From the NCBI GenBank assembly GCA_050174575.1, contig JBFXJT010000005.1, positions 10,553 to 74,552 on the forward strand: DNA of 64,000 nt, read 5' to 3'. A program made the translations under genes and the position numbers. Each line of letters opens with the position of its first letter. Position 1 is the first letter of the stretch. Positions 36,593-47,271 of the stretch are shown piece by piece. The DNA is from Bacilli bacterium. Lineage in GTDB: Bacteria; Bacillota_I; Bacilli_A; ML615J-28; CAG-698. The notes below the pieces were generated by a model that saw only the letters and a list, made by a program, of their open reading frames with translations, was not told where the DNA came from and ran no database searches.

Positions 36593-39500
36593 TTGGAAAA
36601 GAAAAAATATAGTTATATGCAAATTGGGATTGCTTCTCCGGAAGAAATCCGTAGTTGGAGTTATGGTGAAGTTAAAAAGCATGAAACCATCAACTATCGA
36701 ACACTAAAACCAGAAAAGGATGGTCTTTTTTGTGAGGTCATTTTTGGACCAACAAAAGATTATCAATGTGCTTGTGGGAAATCCAAGAGAGTTCCAAAAG
36801 GAACGACTAAATGTGAAAAATGTGGTGTTGAACTTACAGAAAGTAAAGTTCGTCGTGAACGCATGGGGCACATTGAACTTGCTGCACCAGTAGTACATAC
36901 TTGGTTTTTAAAAAACAGCCCTTCTAAAATTGCTTTAATGCTTGACATGAAAACAAAAGAAGTAGAAGATATTGTTTATTTGGCATCTTATATTGTTGTC
37001 GATCCAGGAACTGTCAGTGTTCTTTCCAAAGGGAGAATTTTAACTGAACAAGAATTTAGTTTGTATCAACGAGAATATGGTTCATCAAAATTTAAAGCTT
37101 TAACTGGGGCAGAAGCTATAAAAAAATTGCTTCAAGAATTAAATTTACCAGAAATAATTGAACAATTACGAGGTGAATTGAAAACAGCTCCAAAACAAAA
37201 ACGCGATAAATTAATTAAGCGTTTGGAAGTTGTAAAAGCATTCAATGAATCAGGTAATAAACCAGAATGGATGGTAATGGATGTTATTCCTGTCCTTCCT
37301 CCTGATTTACGACCAATGGTTCAACTTGATGGCGGACGTTTTGCGACGACTGATTTGAATGACTTGTATCGTAGAATTTTAAATCGTAATAATCGTTTAC
37401 GTAAACAATATGAACAACGGGCTCCTGGTTTAATTACAAAGAATGAAAAACGAATGTTACAAGAAGCAGTCGATGCTTTAATTGATAACGGTAAAAAGAA
37501 CAAAAAGATTGTTGTAGAAAAAAATCGTCCTCTTAAATCATTATCCGATCTATTGAGAGGAAAACAAGGACGTTTCCGTCAAAATCTTTTAGGAAAACGT
37601 GTTGACTACTCAGGACGTAGTGTTATTGTTGTTGGACCGGATTTGCAAATGTATCAGTGCGGTATTCCTCGCGAAATGGCTTTGATTTTATTCAAACCAT
37701 TCATCATTCATGCTATCACAAGCAAAGAAACTGACAGCAACGATGTAAATGCAAATAAAATTAGCATTAAGCGTGCAAAAGAAATGATTGATGCGGGTGA
37801 TCCAATTGCGATGACCGAACTAGAAAAGATCGTAGTTGAACATCCAATTTTGCTTAATCGTGCTCCGACACTTCATCGTTTAGGTATTCAAGCTTTTGAA
37901 CCGAAATTAGTTGAAGGAAAAGCGATTCGCCTTCACCCATTAGTTACGCCTGCTTTTAATGCCGACTTTGACGGTGATCAAATGGCAGTCCATGTTCCTT
38001 TGTCCGAAGAAGCTCAAGCGGAATGTCGTTTATTGATGCTTGCATCAAAAAATATATTAGCTCCAAAAGATGGGAAACCAATTGTTACCCCATCACAAGA
38101 CATGGTTCTTGGTAATTATTATTTGACAATTGAAGATACTGATGATCCACGTGAAGGACGAGTTTTCAAAGATATTAATGAAATTGAAATGGCTTATGAG
38201 AATGAAGAAATTGGTTTTCATACTCGTCTCTTAGTTCCTGCGAAAAAACTTAACAATCCAAGATTTACAGAAGAACAGGTGAACCAATATTTAGTTACGA
38301 CTTATGGGAAAATCATTTTTAATTCCATTTTCCCTCAAGAAAAACCATTTGTTCCGTTCGTTAATGAAGCAGAATTAAGTAATTTGACTGATAAAACTGA
38401 TGATCGCTTTTTTGTGAAACCAGGTGTTGATTATAAAAGTGCTATCAAGAAAATTGATCCTCCTCATCCATTTAAGAAAAAATTCTTGGGTGTGGTTATT
38501 GCAGAAGTCTTTAAACAATTTAAATTGGCTGAAACATCTAAAACTCTTGATAAAATGAAGGATTTAGGCTTTAAATATTCGACTGTATCTGGAATCACTG
38601 TTGCTGCTTCAGATATTAATGTTGTCGGCATCAAACAAGACATTTTACAAAAAGCTCAAGTAAAAGTTGATAAATATGACAGTATGTATCGACGTGGGTT
38701 TATGAATGTGAAAGAACGCCGTAGCAATGTTATTAGTGTCTGGAAAGAAGCAAAAGAGATACTGGAAGCAGAAATTAAAAAAGAAGTGGCTGCTAATTTT
38801 GCAACTAATCATATTTACATGATGAGTGATAGTGGTGCACGTGGTAATATTGCCAATTTCGTACAGTTGTCCGGTATGCGTGGGTTAATGGCTAAACCTA
38901 ATGGCGAAAGCATGGATATTCCAATTCGTTCTTCCTTCCGTGAAGGCTTAACCATGTCAGAATTCTTTATTTCAACTCATGGTGCACGAAAAGGTTCGAC
39001 CGATACTGCTTTAAAAACTGCCGAATCGGGTTATCTAACTCGACGTTTAGTTGATGTTAGCCATGATGTTATTGTTCGTGAACATGATTGTGGTACTGAC
39101 AAAGGCATGCGTGTATTTGAATTTACAGAAAGTGATGGCTCTGTTATTGTTCCACTAAAAGACCGTGTTCGTGGACGCTTCGCAAACAAGCCAGTTATTC
39201 ATCCTGAAACAGGGGAAATTATCGTTGATAAAAATGAATATATTAGTGATGAAGTTGCCGATAAAATTGTAAAAGCAGGCATTAAAGAAGTTTATATTCG
39301 TTCATTGTTGACATGTAATTCTCGAAATGGCGTTTGTGTTAAATGCTATGGTGGTGATTTATCAACTGGTGAAATTGTTGAAACTGGAGAAGTTGTCGGA
39401 ATTATTGCTGCTCAATCGATTGGTGAACCAGGTACACAATTGACAATGAGAACATTCCACTCCGGTGGAGTAGCTAGTGAGGACATTACTCAAGGTTTAC

Positions 39501-40234
39501 CTCGTATTCAAGAATTGTTTGAAGCCCGTGAACCAAAAGGAAAAGCCATTATATCTGAAATTGATGGCGTTGTTACTAGTGTTCGTCATGAACGAGACAA
39601 TCGTTTCGAAGTAACCATTACCAATAAAGACATCAAAGATGAGAAAAAATACTTAACAGATTCAGGAAAAGTACCAATTGTCCACGAGCGTGATCACATT
39701 AAAGCTGGTGACCGTATCACAGAAGGTTTAATTAGTCCAAAAGAATTACTAAGAGTTGGAACTGTCGAAGCTGTTGAAAATTACATTTTGAAAGAAGTTC
39801 AAAAAGTATACCGCTCTCAAGGTGTTGAAATTGCTGACAAACATATTGAAATAATAATAAAACAAATGATGCAAAAAGTTGCTATTATCCATGAAGGTGG
39901 TACTGATTTACTTCCTGGAAGTTCAATTTCAAAAGCAGAATTATATGACTATATCAAAGATTGCCTTGAAAAAGGAAAAGATGTTCCTCTTGCAAAATCT
40001 GTTTTATTAGGAATAACTAGAGCTTCCTTAAAATCGGATTCATTCTTATCAGCTGCAAGCTTCCAAGAAACAACTAGAGTATTAACTGAAGCAGCTATTA
40101 GAGGGAAAAAGGATTTATTAGAAGGCTTAAAAGAAAACGTCATCATTGGTGGATTAATTCCAGCAGGAACTGGTTTAGTTGATGCTGACTTTATTGAAGT
40201 ACCCGATTTAAATGCGGAAGAAGAAGAAATATAA
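36593..40234 (+). CDS. rpoC: DNA-directed RNA polymerase beta' subunit
   Basis: TTG start after GAGGTGA. Zinc finger CACGK...CEKCGV, catalytic NADFDGDQM, trigger-loop and bridge-helix regions. Confidence 0.95.
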   Translation: MEKKKYSYMQIGIASPEEIRSWSYGEVKKHETINYRTLKPEKDGLFCEVIFGPTKDYQCACGKSKRVPKGTTKCEKCGVELTESKVRRERMGHIELAAPVVHTWFLKNSPSKIALMLDMKTKEVEDIVYLASYIVVDPGTVSVLSKGRILTEQEFSLYQREYGSSKFKALTGAEAIKKLLQELNLPEIIEQLRGELKTAPKQKRDKLIKRLEVVKAFNESGNKPEWMVMDVIPVLPPDLRPMVQLDGGRFATTDLNDLYRRILNRNNRLRKQYEQRAPGLITKNEKRMLQEAVDALIDNGKKNKKIVVEKNRPLKSLSDLLRGKQGRFRQNLLGKRVDYSGRSVIVVGPDLQMYQCGIPREMALILFKPFIIHAITSKETDSNDVNANKISIKRAKEMIDAGDPIAMTELEKIVVEHPILLNRAPTLHRLGIQAFEPKLVEGKAIRLHPLVTPAFNADFDGDQMAVHVPLSEEAQAECRLLMLASKNILAPKDGKPIVTPSQDMVLGNYYLTIEDTDDPREGRVFKDINEIEMAYENEEIGFHTRLLVPAKKLNNPRFTEEQVNQYLVTTYGKIIFNSIFPQEKPFVPFVNEAELSNLTDKTDDRFFVKPGVDYKSAIKKIDPPHPFKKKFLGVVIAEVFKQFKLAETSKTLDKMKDLGFKYSTVSGITVAASDINVVGIKQDILQKAQVKVDKYDSMYRRGFMNVKERRSNVISVWKEAKEILEAEIKKEVAANFATNHIYMMSDSGARGNIANFVQLSGMRGLMAKPNGESMDIPIRSSFREGLTMSEFFISTHGARKGSTDTALKTAESGYLTRRLVDVSHDVIVREHDCGTDKGMRVFEFTESDGSVIVPLKDRVRGRFANKPVIHPETGEIIVDKNEYISDEVADKIVKAGIKEVYIRSLLTCNSRNGVCVKCYGGDLSTGEIVETGEVVGIIAAQSIGEPGTQLTMRTFHSGGVASEDITQGLPRIQELFEAREPKGKAIISEIDGVVTSVRHERDNRFEVTITNKDIKDEKKYLTDSGKVPIVHERDHIKAGDRITEGLISPKELLRVGTVEAVENYILKEVQKVYRSQGVEIADKHIEIIIKQMMQKVAIIHEGGTDLLPGSSISKAELYDYIKDCLEKGKDVPLAKSVLLGITRASLKSDSFLSAASFQETTRVLTEAAIRGKKDLLEGLKENVIIGGLIPAGTGLVDADFIEVPDLNAEEEEI

Positions 40235-40243
40235 AGATATTAC

Positions 40244-40271
40244 TTGACTTTAATATTAAAAAGTGTATAAT
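40244..40271 (+). promoter_or_regulatory. sigma-70-type promoter for rpsL-rpsG-fusA(-tuf)
   Basis: TTGACT, 16-nt spacer, TATAAT. Confidence 0.6.
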
Positions 40272-40373
40272 ATATAACGTAAAAAATTAACTTAGGTTTT
40301 GGCTTGCCAAGGCCTAAATTAAGGCAAATACGAAACACCCGGTAATGTGGTAGTTTACAAGAAAGGAGAAAAT

Positions 40374-40787
40374 ATGCCAACTATTAATCAATTAGTCAGA
40401 AAACCTAGAGAAAGTAAAACACGCAAGTCTAAGTCACCTCATTTAAGTGTTGGTTTTAACACTTTAAAGAAAACTTATACTGAAATTCAATCACCACAAA
40501 AACGTGGAGTATGTACACGTGTTACAACTATGACTCCCAAAAAGCCAAACTCTGCTATTCGTAAGTATGCTCGTGTTCGTTTATCTAACGGTATCGAAGT
40601 TACTGCTTATATTCCAGGAATTGGTCATCGCTTACAGGAACATAGCGTCGTGTTAATTCGAGGTGGTCGAGTTAAAGACTTACCTGGAGTTCGTTATCAT
40701 ATCATTCGTGGAACTCAAGATGCTACAGGAGTTGAAAAACGCGTTCAAGGACGTAGCAAATACGGTGCTAAAAAACCTAAAAAGTAA
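40374..40787 (+). CDS. rpsL: 30S ribosomal protein S12
   Basis: ATG 40374 after [22 protein letters not shown]...[10 protein letters not shown]. Confidence 0.95.
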   Translation: MPTINQLVRKPRESKTRKSKSPHLSVGFNTLKKTYTEIQSPQKRGVCTRVTTMTPKKPNSAIRKYARVRLSNGIEVTAYIPGIGHRLQEHSVVLIRGGRVKDLPGVRYHIIRGTQDATGVEKRVQGRSKYGAKKPKK

Positions 40788-40812
40788 AAATTTTTGAAAG
40801 GAGGAAATTATT

Positions 40813-41283
40813 ATGCCACGTAAAGGACATATAGCAAAAAGAAAAGTACTACCAGATCCAATTTATAATTCACCAATCGTTACACGATTGATTAGTGGAA
40901 TTATGATGGACGGAAAAAAAGGCGTAGCTCAACAAATTCTTTATGGAGCTTTTGAAAATATTGAGAAAAAAACGGGTCGTCCCGCTTTAGATGTTTTTAA
41001 TGAAGCCCTAAATAATATAACACCACAATTGGAGGTACGGGCTCGTCGTATCGGCGGAGCGAATTATCAAGTTCCAGTTGAAGTTCGCCCTGAAAGAAAG
41101 ATGACATTGTGTTTAAGATGGTTAGTTCAATATTCCCGTTTACGAAAAGAAAAAACGATGGAAGAAAGATTAGCCAATGAGATTTTAGATGCTGCAAATG
41201 GTATCGGCAATGCTGTTAAGAAGCGCGATGATACACATCGTATGGCTGAATCCAATAAAGCATTTGCTCACTATCAATGGTAA
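40813..41283 (+). CDS. rpsG: 30S ribosomal protein S7
   Basis: [20 protein letters not shown]... Confidence 0.95.
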   Translation: MPRKGHIAKRKVLPDPIYNSPIVTRLISGIMMDGKKGVAQQILYGAFENIEKKTGRPALDVFNEALNNITPQLEVRARRIGGANYQVPVEVRPERKMTLCLRWLVQYSRLRKEKTMEERLANEILDAANGIGNAVKKRDDTHRMAESNKAFAHYQW

Positions 41284-41296
41284 TTGGAGTTAAGTT

Positions 41297-43363
41297 ATGC
41301 CACGTGAAATCTCATTAGAAAAAACCCGCAACATTGGAATCATGGCTCACATTGACGCTGGAAAAACGACAGTTACGGAACGCATTTTATTTCATACTGG
41401 AAAAATCCACAAAATGGGTGAGACTCATGATGGTTCAGCCACCATGGACTGGATGGAACAAGAAATGGAACGCGGTATAACGATAACTTCAGCTGCAACT
41501 AGTGCGTTTTGGAAAGATCACATGATTAATATCATCGATACTCCGGGACACGTTGACTTTACTGTTGAAGTTAGTCGGTCGTTAAGAGTTCTCGATGGTG
41601 CAATTGCGGTGCTTGATGGTCAGGCAGGAGTTGAACCCCAAACAGAAACGGTTTGGCGTCAAGCTTTTGATTACCATGTTCCAAGAATTGTTTTTGTAAA
41701 CAAAATGGATAAAACAGGTGCAAATTTTGATTATTCTGTTGAAAGTTTACACAAACGCTTAAATGCCAATGCCCATCCAATTCAGCTTCCAATTGGAGCT
41801 GAAAATGATTTTGATGGTATTGTTGATATTGTTTCATTGAAAGCCTATCATTATTTAGGCGATCAACATGAAACATGCGAAGAAATTGCAATCCCCGAAT
41901 ATTTAAAAGATGATGTCATGATTAGACGTGACGAATTAATCGCAGCTGTATCGGATTTTGATGATGATTTAATGAACCTTTATCTTGAAGAGCAACCAAT
42001 TTCCATTGAACAACTAAAAGCTGCCATCCGTAAAGCAACATTAAGCGTTAATTTTTTTCCTGTAATGTGTGGCTCTGCTTTTAAAAATAAAGGATTGAAA
42101 TTGGTTATTGATGCTGTAATTGATTATCTTCCAGCTCCAACTGACGTTCCTGATATTCGTGGTCATCGAGATGGAAAAGAAGTAATTGTGAAGTCAACCG
42201 ATGAAGGTTATTTTACAGCTTTAGCTTTTAAAGTTATGACGGATCCTTTTGTTGGAAAACTAACCTTTTTCCGAGTTTATTCTGGAACATTGAAATCAGG
42301 ATCTTACATTTATAATTCAACAAAAGGTAAAAAAGAACGTATTGGTCGTATTTTACGAATGCATGCCAATGATCGTTTTGAGATTAAGGAAGTTTTTGCT
42401 GGTGATATTGCTGCAGCAGTCGGATTTAAAGATACAACTACTGGTGATACTATTACTGATGAGAAATTTCCAGTAATTCTTGAATCAATGGTATTTCCTG
42501 AACCTGTAATAAGTGTTGCCATCGAACCTAAAACCAAAGGTGACCAAGATAAAATGGGAATCGCGTTGCAAAAACTTGCAGAAGAAGATCCAACATTTAA
42601 AACTTATACTAATTCTGAAACAGGGCAAACGATTATATCCGGGATGGGTGAACTTCACCTTGAAATTATTGTAGATCGTATGCGCCGAGAATTTAAAGTT
42701 GAAGCCAATGTCGGAACACCTCAAGTTTCTTATCGTGAAACCATTAAAACAAAAGCTGAAGTTCCAGGTCGTTTTATCCGCCAATCAGGTGGACGTGGTC
42801 AATATGGTGATGTAAAAATTCGCTTTGAACCAAATCCAGGAAAAGGATTTGAATTTGTTGATGCCATTATTGGCGGCGTTGTTCCTAGAGAATACATCCC
42901 TGCTGTTAAAAAAGGCTTAGAAAATTCGCTTACAAATGGAAATTTAGCTGGATATCCAACAATAGATATCAAAGCAACTTTGTTTGATGGATCATATCAT
43001 GAAGTTGACTCAAGCCAAATCGCTTTTGAAGTGGCTGCAAGTTATGCTTTTCGTGAATCCAAAGATAAGTGCCAACCAGTATTGCTTGAACCTATAATGG
43101 CTGTTGAAGTAGTTGTTCCCGATGATTATTTAGGTAATGTTATCGGTGATTTAACCGGCAGACGTGGAAGGATTGAAGGCCAAGATACTAGAAATCATTT
43201 ACATAGCATCAAAGCAATGGTGCCACTATCACAAATGTTCGGATATGCAACTGTTTTACGAAGCAACACTCAAGGGCGAGGTACATACACAATGCAATTC
43301 TCACACTATGAAGAATGTCCAAAATCAGTTGCTGAATTAATTATTAAAAAGCGCAATTCATAA
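41297..43363 (+). CDS. fusA: Elongation factor G
   Basis: [25 protein letters not shown]. Confidence 0.95.
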   Translation: MPREISLEKTRNIGIMAHIDAGKTTVTERILFHTGKIHKMGETHDGSATMDWMEQEMERGITITSAATSAFWKDHMINIIDTPGHVDFTVEVSRSLRVLDGAIAVLDGQAGVEPQTETVWRQAFDYHVPRIVFVNKMDKTGANFDYSVESLHKRLNANAHPIQLPIGAENDFDGIVDIVSLKAYHYLGDQHETCEEIAIPEYLKDDVMIRRDELIAAVSDFDDDLMNLYLEEQPISIEQLKAAIRKATLSVNFFPVMCGSAFKNKGLKLVIDAVIDYLPAPTDVPDIRGHRDGKEVIVKSTDEGYFTALAFKVMTDPFVGKLTFFRVYSGTLKSGSYIYNSTKGKKERIGRILRMHANDRFEIKEVFAGDIAAAVGFKDTTTGDTITDEKFPVILESMVFPEPVISVAIEPKTKGDQDKMGIALQKLAEEDPTFKTYTNSETGQTIISGMGELHLEIIVDRMRREFKVEANVGTPQVSYRETIKTKAEVPGRFIRQSGGRGQYGDVKIRFEPNPGKGFEFVDAIIGGVVPREYIPAVKKGLENSLTNGNLAGYPTIDIKATLFDGSYHEVDSSQIAFEVAASYAFRESKDKCQPVLLEPIMAVEVVVPDDYLGNVIGDLTGRRGRIEGQDTRNHLHSIKAMVPLSQMFGYATVLRSNTQGRGTYTMQFSHYEECPKSVAELIIKKRNS

Positions 43364-43442
43364 AAAATTTATTTTATGCTTGCAAAAAAATTACAATTAT
43401 TATAATATATATATATAAAAAAATTTAGGAGGAAAAATAAAA

Positions 43443-44627
43443 ATGGCAAAAGCTAAGTTCGAACGTACAAAAGTACACGTTAATATTGGTACCATTGGTC
43501 ACGTTGATCATGGTAAAACGACTTTAACATCTGCTATTACAAAAGTTTTAGCAAAAAAAGGCCTTTCCAAAATAATGGAATATGATTCAATTGATAGTGC
43601 CCCAGAAGAAAAAGCACGTGGGATCACTATTAATACTGCCCATGTTGAATATGAGACACTAAAACGCCACTATGCCCATGTTGACTGCCCGGGACATGCC
43701 GACTATGTTAAGAACATGATTACTGGTGCTGCACAAATGGATGGAGCAATTCTAGTAGTTGCTGCAACTGATGGCCCAATGGCACAAACTCGTGAACACA
43801 TTTTATTAAGCCGTCAAGTTGGTGTTCCACGTTTAATCGTCTTTTTAAACAAATGCGATGCAGTTGATGATGAAGAATTACTTGATTTAGTTGAAATGGA
43901 AGTTCGTGATTTATTAACTGAATACAACTTCCCTGGCGATGACATTCCTGTTATTCGAGGATCAGCATTGTTAGCAATGCAAGGTGATGCAAAAGCTGAA
44001 GAAGCAATTGTAAAACTTATGGATACTGTTGATGAATACATCCCGAACCCTATTCGTGAGATTGATAAACCATTCTTAATGCCAGTTGAAGACGTATTTA
44101 CTATTACTGGTCGTGGAACAGTTGCAACAGGTAGAGTTGAACGTGGTGTTGTAAAAGTTGGTGATCCTGTTGAAATCATTGGTATTCATCCAACTATGGC
44201 AACAGTTGTTACTGGCGTTGAAATGTTCCGTAAATTATTGGATCAAGCAGAAGCTGGTGACAATATTGGTACATTATTACGTGGAATTACTCGTGAAACT
44301 GTCCAACGTGGTCAAGTTTTGGCAAAACCAAAAACTGTTACTCCACATACTGATTTTGACGCTCAAGTTTACGTTTTAACAAAAGAAGAAGGCGGCCGTC
44401 ATACTCCGTTCTTCACTAATTATCGTCCTCAATTCTATTTCCGTACAACTGATGTTACTGGAGTTATTGAACTTCCTCAGGGTATCGAAATGGTTATGCC
44501 TGGTGATAATGCAAACTTACTCGTAAAATTGATTCACCCAATCGCAATTGAATTAGGAACTAAGTTCTCAATTCGTGAAGGCGGTCATACAGTTGGTGCT
44601 GGTAACGTTACAAAAATTAATAAATAA
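43443..44627 (+). CDS. tuf: Elongation factor Tu
   Basis: [21 protein letters not shown]. Confidence 0.97.
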   Translation: MAKAKFERTKVHVNIGTIGHVDHGKTTLTSAITKVLAKKGLSKIMEYDSIDSAPEEKARGITINTAHVEYETLKRHYAHVDCPGHADYVKNMITGAAQMDGAILVVAATDGPMAQTREHILLSRQVGVPRLIVFLNKCDAVDDEELLDLVEMEVRDLLTEYNFPGDDIPVIRGSALLAMQGDAKAEEAIVKLMDTVDEYIPNPIREIDKPFLMPVEDVFTITGRGTVATGRVERGVVKVGDPVEIIGIHPTMATVVTGVEMFRKLLDQAEAGDNIGTLLRGITRETVQRGQVLAKPKTVTPHTDFDAQVYVLTKEEGGRHTPFFTNYRPQFYFRTTDVTGVIELPQGIEMVMPGDNANLLVKLIHPIAIELGTKFSIREGGHTVGAGNVTKINK

Positions 44628-44638
44628 TCAAAAAAAAT

Positions 44639-44666
44639 GATCAAGTTTCGGCTTGATCTTTTTTTA
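44639..44666 (+). terminator. Rho-independent terminator after tuf
   Basis: GATCAAG-6 nt-CTTGATC followed by TTTTTTT, with an A-run upstream. Confidence 0.85.
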
Positions 44667-44725
44667 TATTTTCATATTTAAAAACTAATAATTCCATGAT
44701 ATAATCTCATAAACGAGGTAAAACA

Positions 44726-45247
44726 ATGATAAGAATGGCTGCAATTGAAGATATGACAGAAATTTTAAAAATTATCGCTGATGCAAAAGCCCTCTTAAAG
44801 AGCAAACATTCATTACAGTGGCAAGATGATGATGGTTATCCAAACGGTGAAACATTTTTGGATGATATTCAAACCAATTCATTGTATGTCGCTTGTGACC
44901 AAGGTAGACTTGTTGCCGTTTGTGCTTTAGGAAGATTTGGTGAACCTACTTATAATGTGATTTATGATGGCCAGTGGTTAAATAATGAACCATTTTATGT
45001 TGTCCATCGTTTAGCAGTCAAAAAAGAGGCATATGGTCAAGGGTGGGCAAAGAAATTAATGAAAAAAATGGAAGAAATTTGTTTAGATGAAGGTGTTAAA
45101 AATATTCGTTGTGATACGACCTTTGAAAATGAGCCAATGAATCAATTGCTTATTAATTTGGATTACCAATACTGTGGAATAATTCATTTAACGAGAACTA
45201 AAATTCAAGACAGACTTAGAAAAGCTTATCAAAAACGCTTATTTTGA
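44726..45247 (+). CDS. GNAT family N-acetyltransferase
   Basis: 173 aa. Motif A HRLAVKKEAYGQGWAKKLMKKME. Confidence 0.75.
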   Translation: MIRMAAIEDMTEILKIIADAKALLKSKHSLQWQDDDGYPNGETFLDDIQTNSLYVACDQGRLVAVCALGRFGEPTYNVIYDGQWLNNEPFYVVHRLAVKKEAYGQGWAKKLMKKMEEICLDEGVKNIRCDTTFENEPMNQLLINLDYQYCGIIHLTRTKIQDRLRKAYQKRLF

Positions 45248-45331
45248 AAATTAATTTTTCCATATTTTCCTGTATTTATGTTATAATATATTAAGAAAAA
45301 AATATAAAAATCAACATAAATGAGGGAAGTA

Positions 45332-46093
45332 ATGATAATCGATACACATATTCACTTATATGATGAAAAATATGAAAACAATTTGGAAGAAATAATTAAT
45401 AATGCTCAAAAAAAAGGTGTTATGAAAATGATAGTTGTCGGTTTTGATTACGACTCGAGTAAAAAAGCTGTTCAAATGGCCGATGAATTTCCTTTTTTGT
45501 TTGCTAGTGTTGGTCTTCATCCAAGTGAAGTGCAAAAGCATATGGACAAAGATTTGACTTGGATAAATGAACTTGCGAAAAACCCGAAAGTTGTTGCAAT
45601 TGGTGAAATTGGGTTGGATTATTATTGGGATCAAAGTTATAAATTATTGCAACAAAAGCAATTTATTGCGCAAATCAAAATTGCAAAAGAATTGAATTTA
45701 CCAATTATTGTGCATAATCGAGATGCCACAAATGATACTTTCCAAATCCTTAAACAAGAAAAGCCACGTGGTGTTTTGCATTGTTATTCTGGAAGTTTAG
45801 AAATGGCGAAAGAATTCGTGAAGATGGGATTCTATTTAGGAATCGGTGGCGTATTGACTTTTAAGAACAGTAAAGAAATTAAACGAGTAGTTTCAGAAAT
45901 TGACTTAGAATACCTCGTTTCAGAAACAGATGGACCATATCTTGCTCCAACACCTTTTCGAGGGACAACCAATAAACCTGAATATTTAACACTTATTATT
46001 GAGGCTATTGGTGCACTAAAAAATCTAGATTTTGATTTAGTTGAAAAACAACTGCAAATTAATGCAGAAAATTTGTTTAATATAAGAGGTTAA
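45332..46093 (+). CDS. tatD: TatD-family metal-dependent hydrolase (YabD-like)
   Basis: ATG 45332 lies 5 nt after GAGGG. MIIDTHIHLYD, IGEIGLDYYW, IVHNRDA, ETDGPYL. Confidence 0.9.
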   Translation: MIIDTHIHLYDEKYENNLEEIINNAQKKGVMKMIVVGFDYDSSKKAVQMADEFPFLFASVGLHPSEVQKHMDKDLTWINELAKNPKVVAIGEIGLDYYWDQSYKLLQQKQFIAQIKIAKELNLPIIVHNRDATNDTFQILKQEKPRGVLHCYSGSLEMAKEFVKMGFYLGIGGVLTFKNSKEIKRVVSEIDLEYLVSETDGPYLAPTPFRGTTNKPEYLTLIIEAIGALKNLDFDLVEKQLQINAENLFNIRG

Positions 46094-46094
46094 G

Positions 46095-47261
46095 ATGAAA
46101 AAAGTAAAAATTATATTTCTTTTATTATTTATTAGTTTTATTTCAATTGGTTGTAATTCGCAAGTAATCAACGAAATTTACAATAAATCATATGATGTTA
46201 ATATAAATTTAGAAGAATTTGAAGATTTAATTGTTGCAGCAGTCGAAAAAATATCGCCTGCAGTTATTGGTGTAAGCAATTATCAAAGAACATTTGGTTC
46301 TTTACAATTACAAATAGCTGCTACAGGTAGTGGAGTAATTTATGAATGCCGAGCAAAATTGCAAGATGATACATATGTTGATGATTGTCAAACGACCATC
46401 AATCGTGATGATGTTCAACATTACGAATATTATGCTATTACCAATCGCCATGTAATTGAGGACAATGATTCCTTAAAAGTTTATATTGGTGAAGAGAGAG
46501 TTAAGTTGGATGCTGTTTTATTAGGAAGCGACAATAAAGTGGATTTAGCTGTTATTGCCTTTAACCATCACAAGTATATTCAACCAGTATCTTTCGCCGA
46601 CTCCGATTTAATTAACCGTGGTAGCTTTGCCATTGCGATTGGCAATCCATCGGGTTACGATTATTATGGTTCCGCAACTTTTGGAATTATTTCTTTCCCA
46701 AAACGTTATTTGAGTGATGATACCGATGGTGATAATATCGGTGATTGGGAACAAGAATATATTCAGCATGATGTTGCCATCAATCCCGGCAACAGTGGAG
46801 GAGCGTTAATCGATATTGAAGGAAATTTAATTGGCATTAACACTCTAAAAATTGTATCCGAAGATATCGATAATATGGGATTTGCTATTCCAAGTAATAT
46901 TGTTTTTGACATCGTTCAGGCTTTAGAAAAAGGTGAGTTGCCTTTTCGCAGAACATTGGGAATAACAATCTTAGATGTTTATGTTATCTTAAATCCTGAA
47001 GATTTTTCGGATTCTGAGCAATTATATAATTATGACATTCCTGATGACATAACTTCCGGTTTGTATGTTGAAGAAGTGGCCGATAATCGGCTTGCTTCAG
47101 GATATTTATTTTCTGGTGATATTCTTTTATCGATCAATGGAAATGATATTATTTATCCATATGATTTTCGAAAACAACTAAACAGTGTTCCTGAAGGACA
47201 AACTCTTAATTTAGAAGTTTATCGAAACAATCAAATAGTAACAGTAATAATTCCTGTATAA
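46095..47261 (+). CDS. HtrA/DegP-type (S1C) serine protease with PDZ domain, probable lipoprotein
   Basis: Signal peptide ending ISIGC. Catalytic triad contexts TNRHV, DLAVI, NPGNSGGAL. PDZ-like C-terminus. Confidence 0.85.
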   Translation: MKKVKIIFLLLFISFISIGCNSQVINEIYNKSYDVNINLEEFEDLIVAAVEKISPAVIGVSNYQRTFGSLQLQIAATGSGVIYECRAKLQDDTYVDDCQTTINRDDVQHYEYYAITNRHVIEDNDSLKVYIGEERVKLDAVLLGSDNKVDLAVIAFNHHKYIQPVSFADSDLINRGSFAIAIGNPSGYDYYGSATFGIISFPKRYLSDDTDGDNIGDWEQEYIQHDVAINPGNSGGALIDIEGNLIGINTLKIVSEDIDNMGFAIPSNIVFDIVQALEKGELPFRRTLGITILDVYVILNPEDFSDSEQLYNYDIPDDITSGLYVEEVADNRLASGYLFSGDILLSINGNDIIYPYDFRKQLNSVPEGQTLNLEVYRNNQIVTVIIPV

Positions 47262-47271
47262 AGGAGGAAAT

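Noticed and set aside
40292-40317. 11-bp hairpin (TTAGGTTTTGG-CTTG-CCAAGGCCTAA, two G-U pairs) in the rpsL leader.
   Set aside because: The structure is real, but it has no U-tract and no motif I can tie to S7/S12 regulation. It may just be a 5' stabilising stem, so it is not promoted to a finding without comparative data.
41571-42784. Antisense ORFs inside fusA (41571-41891, 42310-42537, 42485-42784).
   Set aside because: They are shadow ORFs within a highly conserved gene, with no translation signals.
43814-44179. 121-aa antisense ORF inside tuf, and the + strand out-of-frame ORF 44158-44379.
   Set aside because: Both are embedded in the EF-Tu gene. They have no RBS, and the low-complexity Ser/Thr-rich product is a shadow ORF.
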